Below are positions 36,906 to 51,055 of a DNA stretch of 64,000 nt, in pieces (position 1 is the first letter of the stretch; each line of letters starts with the position of its first letter). The notes under the pieces were generated by a model that saw only the letters and a program-made list of their open reading frames with translations, was not told the DNA's origin and did not search any database. Where the stretch lies: assembly GCF_044704955.1 (NCBI RefSeq), contig NC_091999.1:23436001-23500000 (forward strand). The letters run 5' to 3'. This DNA comes from Pristiophorus japonicus (Eukaryota). Made by a program: the position numbers and the translations under genes.

Positions 36906-39479
36906 ACCATGCCAGAGGGGGACATGTAGTGCTAACCCGAGAGTTGTCAAAACGAGGAAGATGATGTCGCCGGGCTCTGGCGACATTACCTTTAACTTCT
37001 GGCTGCAGCGCGCGCCAGCCTTGCGGGAAGCGTTCTCCAAATTCCCGTGCATTTACCAAGAGCCAGGAGTGTCCCCCACCCCTTGCGAAAATTGTCTTTT
37101 GCCCCGTTGGCACCCCTGGAGGCACTAACGGGCCTCTAAAAATGGGCAATTTGGCCCCATCAGTTATCCTTTTGCACTCCGTGCTGAGAATTATCCTGGG
37201 TTGATCCATAGTTCTTATAAACCGGTGGGTATCCTACTAGTAAGTGTAGAAGTATGACATACTTGCATGTTCTGTCAATATTAATAAAGTAAAAAAGTTC
37301 GAGAATATGTGTGGTTATAGATTTTCGATATATATATGCAGATAGAGAAATGGGAGGGGGAATGTGTGCGCGAATGCTCTGTTCAAGAGATGATGGATCC
37401 TTATACTTTATCAAGAGTGTAGCATCGGCTGCGTTTCATTTCGATTTACTTCAATGTTTAACACAAACAGCGATCATTATAATGGGCAAAGTCGATGAAA
37501 ATAGATTGGTGTGCAAAAAGGGCTCGGATTGCCTGCGACACATTTTTTGCCTGGCAGCAAAAGTAGGAATTCACCCCAGTCCTACAATACTGATTCAGTA
37601 TTATTATTCCTAGTTAAATAGAAACCGTTACTGAATTTGAGGAAAATAGTTGGTTGAAGATTTGGCGATTTTTTATAGTGTAAAGTGAGCAGCTGTGTAA
37701 CATCAAACTAAAGCGCTATAACGCCCTTTATGCCGGAATTGTGTAAGTAAATAGTTAGCAGTTTCTATTAATGTAATGAAATAAATTCGCACAAACATTT
37801 GCCAACATGTAAAAATGGAAAGTCACTTTCCTTTAGTCACCAAGAGCAAGCAAAAATATGTTTAGCATATTATTATTCAAGATTGCAATCGATAGATTTT
37901 TGCATATTGGAGGTATCAAGGGATATGGTGATAGTACGGGAAGGTCGAGTTGAAGTCGAAGATCAGTGCTGTCCCTGTGATTTTGAAGCAACGGCCTCAT
38001 TTACGCCAGGCCGGCAATTCGGGTCACCAAACGGGTGTCCCGATGCTGCTCCTGGGTTGAGATCTCCCAATATCCGGACGCTACATGCCACGTGAATTTC
38101 CTGTTCATCACTCTTTCTATCTCAATTTTTTCTCAGAGTTTTGTGTCACACTCAATTAGATGCGAACATATTTAAATGGAAATTTCATGCAGATTATTGT
38201 TTTATATCAAATGTTCATCTATCACTAAAATATTATAGCTTCTCTTTGCAACTAAATATAATATTTACAAGACAAAAACATCAAACTTATTTATAGTTTA
38301 TTTAATTACGCGTGGCTACTAATGTACATTTTTTAAATAAATCTTAGCCAAAACTTGTTTTGTTCTACTGGCCTACGACTAGGCCCTGTGCCCAACTCTC
38401 ACCCTAATGACCGTTTCAAGACCTGTTCCAGCTTCCCCGATGAATGTCGACCCCTCCGACTCCCTCAACGTTCATTATGTCTTAAACACTGGTCCTATGA
38501 TCCATGTTAAATTCTAATTCTGTCTACTCAGCCTTAACGATTTTCCTGTCAAACCCATCACTCCTCGGTTATCTAGCCCGGTTTTATGCTGAACGCGCAA
38601 GCAGCATGTCTTCCATGCCATCTTCCTTGCTCATCCACTTCTGGCCATCAGGAGTGTCTCAGAATCGAGCATCGCGAAATTACCCATTAACACTAAGCAG
38701 CCATACCTGAACAACGTTCTATCCAGTAAATAAACTATTCACCTTATTTGATAGTGATACTGACTCTCTCGATTAATAATTATTGTATAAATTAAACATA
38801 ATCGCTTAAGTTAACTTATTCGATAAATGTAATCATTGATTGAATAATTGATTTAATAGCCTCACTTTTTAAAAATTCTATCCGATACATGTGATCGTTC
38901 TCGTCTGATATCTACATTGGTTTACAAAATGTTGTCTGTATTCAGTTTATATTCAGTCTTTCATTATCAGCAACGCAATCATTTCTGCTAGGAAACCCAC
39001 TAGAAGCCGCCGAAAGATCCGATTTAAAGGCCAACATTAGCGCATTATGAGAAATAACAATAAAAAGTGGGTAACAAAAATGAACCAAAACCCTCTGAAA
39101 TGAAACTGCAAATGTTGCAGCTCTGAAAATAAACCACTGAGATGGAAATGCACAACAACTCAATCAGCATCTATAAAGAACACAGAAAGAATCTGGCTTC
39201 GGTTACAAGCCCTTCACCAGAAATGATAAATTCCTCACCAATGACCTACACATCAACCCTTACATGTCGAATGTTCCTTACAACCGGGGACCCATCTGTT
39301 ACTCATGTGCAACTTTTCAATGTTGTCTTTTCATGCACACTGTACGACAACGAAAATATTGAAGATTGCAATCCCCAATAATAGAAGCAACTAATTAAAT
39401 GGGGATAAACCCCTAGATTTTATCTCTAGTGGAATAGAAAATAAAAGCCAAGAGATAATAATGAAACTATATAATACAA

Positions 39480-39950
39480 GAAATTGCATTTATATTGCGA
39501 ATTTAACGTAGTAAAGCGTCCCAAGACGCTTCACAGGAGTATCATACTGAGCCAAATATACGGAACGATAAGCAAATGCTTGATCAGAGAGACAGGTTTA
39601 AGGAGCGTCTTTCATGACGAGCGAGAGATAGCACGGTTCGAGAGAGAATTCCAAAGCTTAACGACTAGGGAGCTGAAGGCATGGCCACCAATGGTGGAAT
39701 GAAGAACATTGGGGATGGGGGATAGGCCATAATTGAAGGAATGCATTCATGATCAAAGATGGTAGGGCTGAAGGAGGTTACAAAGTCTGGAGGTGTGGTG
39801 CAATGGAAGGATTTGGCCAACGGTGAGAACGTTCAAATCAAAGCGTTGTTCGACCAGGAACTCGTGTAGGTCAGCAAGCACAGGGCATGATGGATGAAAC
39901 GGATGGTTGGAGTTAGTATACGGAAAGCATGGTTAACGAGATTTAGTTAA
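39480..39950 (-). mobile_element. Old L2-like LINE 3' fragment
   Basis: Terminal TTGCATTTATA..AAGCGTCCCAAGACGCTTCACA resembles the L2/DeuSINE 3' tail; adjoining GAGAGAATTCCAAAGC..AGCTGAAGGCA segment also occurs at ~22325-22440. Confidence 0.5.
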
Positions 39951-40464
39951 GAATACGGTATAAAGTATTGCAGTATAGGAAGGATAGTGAGGCAATAGAG
40001 AGAGAAAATCACGCGATGCTGATTGGCATGATGGTATACAAATATCAATAAATCTTCCAAAATTGTTTTTTTATTGATTAGAACCCTAATTATGGGATGA
40101 TGTGATAGAAATGTTTCAAATTATGAAAAGATAGGACAAGAAAGCGAGAAACAGACTGCTTGCATTGATTGAGATATGTAGAACGTGGAACACAAAAGGT
40201 CGATCCCAACTGAGCAGTTTGGTGTTGGAGCTGGAAATGAAAATCGACCAGCTTCCATAAGGACAAGTGATCAGCGATGCCAGTTTTAGGTAATAGCTGC
40301 AAATTGCAATCCTACCTCAATATTGAAAGTCAGGGCCGAAGAATTAATCTCAGGTGTTAGACACTGAATGTCAGGCACTGCGTATACCGGGCGATATATA
40401 CACCTGGATATTGTAAATTGCCTCCGTCCTTAGCAACACGGGAATATAAAAATCAGAAGGAACA

Positions 40465-42375
40465 CTGGGGTGAAATTAGTGACGGGCTGTAGCGAATAGG
40501 CCACCTGTTATATGCTCAATCGTAATTTCTTCTCCTTCGATGTCAATGGGCAGATAACCGGGATAATTGTAAAACTGTTTACTGATTACCTCTACCATGA
40601 AAGACCAATTTCACCCATAATCATTTCAAGCAGGCACATCTTCACTTCAAGAGGTAGTGTAAAGCGGCTGATAATGAACCTGCAGCTCGTTTTATGGCCG
40701 CATTTTCGCCTACCTCAGTGGCTCCGTGCAGGTTCCGATCTCGCTGCTGGCTCCAGCCAGTTATGTAGATAAGATTATCCATTGATTAAGCTTGTTAAGC
40801 CCGCCCAGAGCATTGCTCGGGCGGTTTGAAGGAAGGGGGCCTGATGACGTCATTTGGAGACGCGTCATCAGACGGTTTCCTGAAAGGGTCCTTTTCGAAA
40901 TTGAATTTAATAGTTGTGCTCTGAGTGTTCCACAGCATTGAATTGCTACAAACAGTGACACGCACTGCAGAAAGATGCACGGCTTCACCCAGGCTCTCCT
41001 ATGCAGCACAGAGAGACGTTTTCGTTACTTACTATGGGCAGGGGCGACCTCCCCAGGAAACCAAATCAGCACGGTTGCACATTGTAGTGGAATCAAAGGC
41101 AGTGATATCGTCAGCAGGACCAGACTGCAGTGGTGCAAATCTTTCCATGATCTAAGTGGATCACACCCTTTATTGCAAAGCCATTCTCATCCTTATCCTG
41201 CTGTGCCACTCACCACAGCCCCATCACTTCCTGCACATTCTTACGCACATCAACTTTCCTTGCACATCCACCTATCCCTCTCTATCTACATTATAACTTC
41301 TCCATCTCGCTAGCCACGCCCCATACTCACCCTCATCCTGTTGCAATTATACCAACTAACAACACACAAGGGTAGGCATGTGTAGTTTAGCCAATGATCA
41401 TACAAGGTTTCTGTTAATGTGCTGTCAAACATTGACACCTTTAATTTCATCACTTTGTGTTCTTGCGCACCTTCAGATGTGATGCTATGAGCTGTGTGAA
41501 TGTTGAAACATAACGATACCCCCCGCAATGGCAATGGCAACGAGTGTGAAAGCTGTGGCTTGGGCACTGTAACGACGCTGTATGATGTTCTTTTGGAGTG
41601 GTGTCAAAATGGCGCATTATGTGACAGGCAGGCTGTACAGCGTCTGCTGAAGTAAATCATGGTCAGGCCATCCCTCCCGTCCTGGTCAGCAATATGGCCG
41701 AGTTCTGATGCCCTCTCTCCTGTGCAGCATCAGTTGATTGCGGAGAAGGATGTTGTTGTTGGTGCTGCTAGTGTTAATTGTGATTATGGTGCTGGCGCTA
41801 ATCGTGATGGGATTCAGAGGAGCAAGGTGAGAAAGCTTAAATTGCCAAAGGCTAATGTAATAGATGGCAAGTGACCTTGAGAGGACAGAAGTGATCTATC
41901 AATGGTGAGAGATTGTTCCGAAAGTGAAACTTCCAATGAGAGATTGTTCCTTGGACGTGCAAAGTCCACAAAGTTCAATGTGCCTCCCAAACCCAGTAAG
42001 CAAGACGTTTTAATCTTGAAATACAAACAGCTGTGAGATGGGAGTATTACAACATATTTGTAGCTAATAGGTAAAGAAATGAATTCATGGTAACAGATCG
42101 CCCGATGTCCTGCTTCCCGAGCCGTGTGAATCTCATTGAAAACCTGGCAAAATGGGAAGTTCAGCTCAACATTATTTTTAATAAACTCTTAACAAGGTCA
42201 CAATGACCTAAATTGCCTCGCCTGCTGCAGCGTGGCGGGTCTGCTGAGAGTTTACAGACCGGACATCTGGGAAAGTAGCATGGTGCTCGGTCCCAACCCA
42301 CTGTCAATGTTTTTATTTTGATAGCTGACTCTCCACCGATCCCGCCCTCTGAGCGCTGGCAAAACTCCAGCATCC
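40465..42375 (+). mobile_element. Probable PIF/Harbinger-derived remnant with Myb/SANT-like domain
   Basis: 40975-41155 reads ASPRLSYAA..QRDVF..GQGRPPQETKSA(W)LHI..(frameshift)SDIVSRT(W)LQ..KSFHDL, the Myb/SANT-like ORF of Harbinger elements. Boundaries approximate. Confidence 0.55.
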
Positions 42376-42397
42376 CAATTTGTATTTCTATTGAAGT

Positions 42398-43406
42398 CAC
42401 ACAATACAAGGTGTACTAATACAAAATAATGTGTCGGTAGACAATACAAGGTGTACTCACACAATATAAGCACTACTCACACAATACAAGGTGAAATCAC
42501 ACAATACAATGTATCCTCACAAAATACATGGTGTACTGACACAACACAAGATGCATAAACTGACAATGCAAGTTGCAGTCACACATTACAATGGATTCTC
42601 ACACAATACATGATGTACTCACACCATAGAAGCTGTACTCACACAATAGATAATATATTCACACAATACAAGATGTACTCGCACAATAGAAGATGTGCTA
42701 ACACAATACAATGTCTACTTATACAATACAATGTGTACTCACCTGCTTTAAAGTGTACTGCCACAATACAATATATATTCACACAATACAAGATGTACTC
42801 ACACAATACAAGGTGTACTCACACAATACAAGATGTACTCTCACAATACAAGATGTACTCGTTCAATAAAATTTGTACTCGCACAATACAATGTGTACTC
42901 ATATATTCCAATTTATTCTCACACAATAAAACGTGAACTGGCAGATTACGGGATGTACTCACACAATACAAGGTGTATTCACATAATGCAAAGTGTAATC
43001 ACACAATACAAGCTGTACACTAACAATACAAGGGTAATCACATTCCAAGTTGTAATCACACAATACAAGGTGTAATCACACAATACAAGGTCTATTCACA
43101 ATACAAGATGTAATCACACAATTCAAGGTGTATTCACAATACAAGGTGTAATCACACAATACAAGGTGTAATCACACAATACAAGATGTATTCACACGAT
43201 ACAAGGTTTACTCACATGATACAAGGCATACGCACAAAATGCGAGGTGTACTCACAAAGTGCAAAGTGCTCACAAAATACAAAATGTACTCACGAAATAC
43301 AAGGTTTACTCACACAGTACAACGTGTACGTGCACAATACAAGATGTACTCATGCAACTCTGATTGTCCTCGCAAAATACAAGGTGTGCACACACAATAC
43401 AATGTG
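42398..43406. repeat. ~20-bp satellite (CACAATACAAGGTGTACTCA), left part
   Basis: About 50 imperfect copies. Confidence 0.9.
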
Positions 43407-46400
43407 TAGAAACATAGAAACCAGAGAAAATAGGTGCAGGAGCAGCCCATTCGGAACTTCGAGACTGCACCACCATTCAATATGATCAGGGCTGATAATG
43501 CAATTTCAGTACCCCATTACTCCTTCTCTCCATACCCCCTGATCCCTTTAGCCGTAATGGCCAAATCTAACTCCCTTTTAAATATATCCAACGAACTGGT
43601 CTCAAAAGCTTTCTGTGGTAGATAATTCCATAGGTTCACGATATTCTGGGTGAAAAAGCTTCTCCTCATCACGGTCCTATATGGCTTACCCCTTTTCATT
43701 AGACTGTGACACCTGGTTCTGGACTTCCCCAACATCGGGAACAAAGTTCGTGCATCCGACTTGACCAATCTCGTCAGAATTTTATATACTTCGATGACAT
43801 TCCCTCTCATTCTCCTAAATTCCAGTGAATATAAGCCAATTGATCCAACCTTTCTTCATATGTCAGTCCTGCCATCCCGGGAATCAGTCCGGTTAACCTT
43901 CGCTTCACACCCTCAAAAGCAAGAAAGTCCTTCCTCAGATTAGGAGATAAAACTGCACACAATACTCAGGGTGTGGTCTCACCAAGGCCCTGTACAACTG
44001 CAGGAAGACCATCCTGCTCCCATACTCAAATCCTCATGATATGAAGGCCAACATGCCATTTGTTTTCTTTACTGTCTGCTGTACATGCCTGCCTATTTTA
44101 ATGACTGATGTACCATGATGCCCAGGTTTCGTTGCACCTCCCCTTTTACTAATATTTCACGATTCAGATAATAATTTGCCTTCCTATGTTTGCCACCAAA
44201 GTGGATAAGCTCACACTTCTCCATATTTTACTCAATCTGCCATGCATTTTTCCACTCACTTATCCGGCGAATTCAACCTGCAGCCTCTTAGTATCCTCCT
44301 CACAGCTCACACTGCCACCCAGCTTAGTGTTATCTGCAAAGTTGGAGATATTACCTTCAATTCCTTCGTCTAAATCATTAATATATATTGTAAATAGTTG
44401 GGGTCCCAGCACTGAAACTTGCGTTATCCCACTACCCCTCAAAATTAAACCCTTTGTCTTTCTCTACTGAATTCTAAAGTTCTTCCAGTCCTCAGGGGTG
44501 CTACTTTTTCTGGCCAATTTATGTGCCTCTTCCTTGGATTTAACAATATCCACAATTCCCCGTGTTAACCACGGCTGAGCCTCCATCCCCGTTTTATTTT
44601 AATGCCAGACAGGGATGTACAATTGTTGTAGTTCATCCATGTGATCTTTAAATGTCTGCCATTGCCTATCTACCATCAACCCTTTAAGTATCATTCGCCA
44701 CTCTATCCTAGCCAATTCATGTCTCATACCATCGAACTTACCTTTCTTTAAGTTCAGGACCCTAGACTCTGGATTAACTGTGACATTATCCTTCTTAATG
44801 AAGAATTATACCATATTAAGGTCACTCTTCCCCTCGCATGACAAGATTGCTAATTAATCCTTCCTCATTACACAAGACCCAGTCTAAGATGAACTGCTCT
44901 TTAGTTGATTCATCGACATATTGGTATAGAAAACCATCCCAAATACACTCCAGGAAATCCTCCTCCACAGTACTGCTACCAGTTTGGTTACCCAGTCCAT
45001 ATGTAGATTTAATTCATCAATGATAACTGCTGTACCTGTATTGCACGCATCCCTAATTTCCTGTTTCTTGCCATCCTCACGCTCACTACTACTGTTTGGT
45101 GGTCTGTACATAATTCCCGAAAACATTTTCTGACCTTTGGTGTTTCGCAGCTCTATCCATATAGATTCCACATCAGTCAAGGTAATGTCCTGCCTTACTA
45201 TTGTGTTAATCTCCTCTTTAATCAGTAACGCTACCCCACCTGCTTTTCCCTTCTGTCTATCCTTCCTGAATATTGAATAACAATGGATGTTGTGTTCCCA
45301 GCCCTGGTTACCCTGGAGCCATGTCTCCGAAATTCCCAATTACATTATATCCGTTAAAAGCTATCTGCGCTGTTAATTCATCCACCTTATTATGAATGCT
45401 CCTCGCATTGAGACTCAAAGCCTTCAGGCTTGTTTTTTTAAAACTCTTTGTCCTTTTAGAATTATATTTTAATATGTCGCTTTTTGATTTTTCTGCCCTC
45501 CACTCTTAGTTTTCTCCTTCCTATCTTTTGCTTCTGCCGCCTTTTTACTTCCCTCTGCCTCCCTACATAGATCCCCATCCCCCTGCCATATTCGGTTAAA
45601 CACTCGCCAACAGCACTAGCAAACACACCACCGAGGACCTAGGTCGCGGTCCTGGCGAGGTGCAGAGCATCCGGTTTGTACTGGTCCCATCTCCCACAGA
45701 ACCAGTTCCAATGTCCCAGGAATTTGAATACCTCCCCCTTGCCCCAGTCCTCAAGCCACGTATTCATTTGAACTATCCTGCTGTTCCAACTCTGAATAGC
45801 ACGTGGCACTGATTGCAATCCTGAGATTCTACCTTTGAGGCCCGACTTTTAAATTTAACTCCTAGCTCCCTAAATTCAGCTTGTGGAATGTCATCCAGTT
45901 TTTTACCTGTATTGTTGGTACCTATATGCACCACGATAGTTGGCTGTTCATCCTCCCCCTCCACAATGCCCTGCACCAGCTCCAAGACACCCTTGACCCT
46001 TGCACCAGGGAGGCAACATACCACTCTGGAGTCTCGTTTGCGGCCGCAGAAATGCCTATCTCTTCCACTTATAATAGAATCTCCTCTCACTATATACCTT
46101 CCACTCTTTTTCCAGTTCACCTGCGCAGCACAGTTACCCCTGCTGCCATGAACTTGGCTGTTGCTCCTTTTCCCTGATGAGCCACCATCCTCAACAGTAT
46201 CCAAAACTGTATATCTGCCCTACCTTCCTTCCCCTGCTCTTCCTGATGGTCACCCATTCCCTATCTGTCTGTGTCATCTTTACCTGCTGTGTGACCAACT
46301 CACTAAACATGCTATCCAAGACATCCTCAGCATCGCGGATGCTCCAGAGTGAATCCATGCACAGCTCCAGTGCCTCAATGTGACCTGACAGGAGCTGTAG

Positions 46401-46780
46401 CTCGACACACTTCACGCACACATAGTAGCCAGTGTCCCTGACTTCCCACATACCATTGGAGGAGCAGGACACGGCTCTGGGCTCTCCTGCCATGACTTAA
46501 CCTTTAGATTAACATAATTTGGCAACAATGCCAAAGGTTTCCTACTGATAAGAAAAGAAAAAGATAAAGAAAAAATGCTTACCAATCAACCAGCCAAAAA
46601 CTTACCCGCTTGGCTGTGACATTACCCTTCGATTTCTTTTTACTTCTATTTTGCTTTTTGATTTTTGACGCTACACCAGCTGTTCCTGCGACTGCTCTTC
46701 CTGACGATCTGCCGCAGAACTTTTATCCGCCTCGATCCTCCCACTCCCTCTAGCTCCTCCAACTGATGCTCCTCCCGATC
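43407..46780 (-). mobile_element. Near-full-length degenerate CR1 with an internal deletion in ORF2
   Basis: ORF1 MAGEPRAVSCSS..YVCVKC (46191-46493), esterase (45773-46204), APE (44884-45339), a jump at ~44440 into the RT FADN region, and tail at 43407. Confidence 0.9.
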
Positions 46781-46784
46781 AGAG

Positions 46785-47313
46785 AGCAAGGTTTACTCAC
46801 ATAATACATGTTGTACTTATACAATACAAGCTGAAATTACGCAATACAATCTATTCTCACACAATACAAGGTGTACATACACATTACAAGGTTTATGCAC
46901 ACAATCCCAAGGTGTACTCACATAATAAAAGGTGTACACATACAGTAAAAGGGGTGCTCATACAATACAAGGAGTACACATACAACAAAAGCTTTACTTT
47001 CACAATACAAGATGTACTTACACGATAAAACGTGTGCTCATACCATAAAAGTTATACTCACACGATATAAAATGTAAACTCACACCATAATATCAATACT
47101 CACACTATATAAGCTGTATTCATACAACAAAGTCAGTACGCACACAATACAAGGTGTGCTCACACAATAAAAGCTGTACTCATGCAACACAAGTTCTGCT
47201 CACACAATATATCGTGACTTCACACAATATAAAGTGTACCCACACAAAACAACATATACGGACAAATGTTAATCTGTACTCACACAACACATTGCATACT
47301 CACCCGATACAAA
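46785..47313. repeat. ~20-bp satellite, right part
   Basis: Same unit and orientation as 42398-43406. Confidence 0.85.
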
Positions 47314-48362
47314 GTATCATCATTGGCAGTGCGTCGAAACGAGGATGACTTGCTTCCACGCCAAAAAGAAGGATGAGTTCACAGATGTTTCAATGAAGAA
47401 CCTAATATTCCAGGTTCCAAACTACATCCTGACGGGTGGAAGATGCTTGTGCATGGATTTTTTTAACGTGTGGTGGCCGTTACACACCAGTCGCCACACG
47501 GGCTTGACAGAGCTAGGTCTTATTCCAGTGGCAAGGGTTATCCTAGATGTGCTCTGTTGCACGGACCTAGTGTGCACACATATCACTGTGTGGTCTGGCC
47601 CGCGCTGCCCAATGGCACCGAACTCACGCCTCTGTAAGCTACAAGGCTCCGGACTCAGAGCTGGAGAGTGGGATTAGGCTGGATAGCTCTCTATCAGTCT
47701 GCGCAAACACGATGGGCCTAAATGGCCTCCTTCCGTGCTGTAAATTTCTATGGTTATATAATGAGAAATAATTAACAGTTTCGGGGGTCGATAACCAGGT
47801 GTTTAAAGGCCATTCATTTCTCTCTTTCCATATCGCTGTTAGTTAAAGGAACACAGATTGATTTCCCCTCATTATGCATCTTTAGTTGTGAAACAAAAAT
47901 CCTTCCTGTTAATAGAGAACCACATTCTGCACTGGGGGAGACGGCGGGTAGCTTCAGCCTTTAAAATTCTCCTCCTCTTGTTCAAATCCCGCCAACACCT
48001 CGCCACTCCCTATCTCTGTAACCTCCTCCAGCCACCAACCCTCTTAATGAAGGAAAACATTTTCAGTGTCAGACGGCTCGGTAGCCAGAGGACACCGATT
48101 TAACATGATTGGCAAATGAACCAGATGCCACAAGAGCGAAAAACATTCAGTAGCGAAATGTTATGGCCTGGAACGCACTGCCTGTAAGGGTGGTGGAGGC
48201 AGATTCACTCTTTACGTGCAAAAGAGATAAATATTTGAGTTGCAAAGATTTGCAGGGTTATGAGGCAGAGCAGTGGAGTGGTCTAATTATACAGCTTAGG
48301 ATAAGCAAGAGAGTAAAGAATCTTCCAGAGAAACTAGAACTGTCTGTAGAGAATTTATATCT

Positions 48363-48650
48363 TGGGCAGGCAGCACAGTCGGTTGCAATGCACATCCTGG
48401 GCAGGCAGCTCAGTCCCATGGAATGCACATCCTGGGCAGGCAGCTCAGTCCCAAGGAATGTACATCCTGGGCAGGGAAGCTCAATCCCACGGAATGCACA
48501 TCCTGGGCAGGCAGCTCAGTCCCATGGAATGCACATCCTGGGCAGGCAGCTCAGTCCCATGGAATGTACATCCTGGGCAGGCAGCACAGTCCCATGGAAT
48601 GTACATCCTGGTCAGGCAGCACAGTCCCATGGAATACACATACTGGGCCA
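48363..48650. repeat. 35-bp minisatellite, ~8 copies
   Basis: TGGGCAGGCAGCTCAGTCCCATGGAATGCACATCC at 48363, 48398, 48433, 48468 and onward. Confidence 0.92.
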
Positions 48651-48829
48651 TGTGGGAACATCTGGATGACCACGTTGCGGGAAGTGTCGCCAGCTCCCTA
48701 ATTGCCTGTTTGATGCCCTCCCCAACATCACTACTACTGTCTGGATGTCGGTACACAACTCCCACTAACGTGTATTGCCCTTTGGTGTTCTGCAGCTCTA
48801 CCCATATAGATTCCTTATGTGCATTTTGA

Positions 48830-51055
48830 GCATCGGGTTTCGGAGCTTGAGCAGTTGCTAGCGTCAATGCAGTCTATCCGCGGGGCTGAGAGCTTCGAGA
48901 ATAACGTATTTCAGGAGGTAGTCACCCAGCAGCTTAAAATTGTGCAGGCATAGAGGGAATGGAAGATCGTCAGACAGACAAGGAGGAACTGGCATGTAGG
49001 ACAGGAATCGCCTGACTCATTAACCGCTTTTCAGTTCTGGTTAATGAGGAGCATGATGGTTGCTCTGGGGAGTGAAGCCAGTGCCAAGTCCATGGAACCA
49101 TGGGTGGCTCAGCTGTGCAGAAGGGAAGGAAGAAGAGTGGAAGAGCAATAGTGGTAGGTCATTTGATACATGGGGAATAGACAGACATAGAAACATAGAA
49201 AATAGGTGCAGGACTAGGCTATTTGGCCCTTCTAGCCTGCACCGCCATTCAATGAGTTCATGGCTGAACATGCAACTTCAGTACCCCATTCCTGCTTTCT
49301 CGCCATACCCCTTGATCCCCCTAGTAATAAGGACGTTTGGAGGCTGCAGACGTGACTGCAGGATAGTTATTGCCTCCCTGGTTACAGGGTCAAGGTTTGT
49401 CACTGAAAGGGTGCAGGACATTGTGAGGGAACGGGGGGAGGGGGGTGCATTACAGACGTCGTGGTCTAATTGTCAGCAATGACAAAGGTCGAAAGAGGGA
49501 TGACGTCCTTCAGGCAGTTTTAAGGGAGCTGGAAAGGAGACTAAAAAACAGGATATCAAATGTAGTAATCTCCAGATTACTCCCAGTACCACGTGCTAGT
49601 GAGTACAGAAATAGGAGGATCGAGCAGGTGAATATGTGGCTTGAGACGATGCAGGAGGGAAGACTTTAAATTCCTGTGGTATTGCAACTGTTTCTGGGGG
49701 CGGTGAGACCTGGACAAGCCAGTCGGGATGCACCTGAACAAAGCTGGGACCTAGATCCTCTACAAGCTGGGGAGAGCCTCAGCTCGTTGGTGGGAAAATG
49801 TTTGGATAAAATGCTGAGGGATAGGATAAATCTTCATTTGGGAAGACACGGATTAATCAAGGACAGTCAGCATGGATTTGTTAAGGGAAAGAAAGGTCTG
49901 TCTACCGATTGACTCTCCTATATAGCCCCTCAAAAAATTTAATGAGGGCAGTGCATTTGAATATGTGTATATGAATTCTAGCAGCGATTTTGATAAAGTC
50001 CCACAAGGCAGACTGGTCACAAAAGTATAAGCAATTGGGATACAAAGCAAAGTGGCAAGTTGGATCCAAAATTGGCTCAGAGTCAGGAAGCAAAGGTTAA
50101 TGGTTGATGGGTGTTTTTGAGACTGGAAGGCTGTCTCCAGTGGGGAATCCATAGGGCTCACTACTAGGTCCCTTTTTTATCAATAATTTGGACTTCAATC
50201 TATAGGGTATGATTAGGAAGTATGCAGATGACACACAAATTGGCCTTGTGTTTGATAATGAAGAAGAAAGTTATAGGCTGCAGGAAGATGTCAATGGACT
50301 GATCAGGTGGGCAGAATAGTAGCAAGTGGACTTCAATCCGCGGAAGTGTGAGGTCTTGCATTTGGGTGGGCTAACAAGGCAAGGGAATACACAATGAATC
50401 GTAGGATACTGAGAAGTGTAGATGAATAAAGAGACCTAGGAGTGCATATCCACAGACCCATGAAGGTTTCAGGACAGGTAGACATTATAAATACATTAAG
50501 AGGATAACTAGAGAAAGAATGGGGCCTATTAAAGACCATAAAGGAAATCTGTGTGTGGAAGCAGAAGATGTGAATATAATTCTTAATAAATACCCTGCAT
50601 TTGTTTTCACAAAAGAGAGGGGCGATGCAGATTTTGCAATGAGGGATGAGTGTGAAATATTGGACGAGGTAAACATAGTTGGAGAAGAAGTATTAAGGGA
50701 TTTAGCAGCTTTGAAAGTGGATAAATCCCCAGGCCCAGATGAAATGTATTTCAGGCTGTTAAGCGAAGCAAAAGAGGAAATAGCAGAGGCTCTGACCATC
50801 ATTTTCCAATCCACACTGGCTACAGGTGTGGTGCCAGAGGACTGAAGGACCTCTGATGTTTAACCTTTGTTTAAAAAGGGAGACAAGGATAGATCGATTT
50901 ATTAAAGGCCAGTCAGCCTAACCTCAGTGGTGGGAATTTTTTTTGGAAAAATCCTGAATGACAGGATAAATCTTTATTTGGAAACACATTGATTAATCAG
51001 GAACAGTCCGCACGGATTTGTTCAGGGAAGGTCATATCTGACTAACTTGATTGAA
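48830..51055 (+). mobile_element. Rearranged old CR1 fragments (ORF1, RT, pre-RT), with a ~150-bp young CR1 3' end nested at ~49185-49333 (-)
   Basis: Esterase remnants (RFGGCRRD..ERVQDI); SQHGFVKG; YADD at ~50221; DKSPGPDEMY (ORF 50519-50845). Confidence 0.8.
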
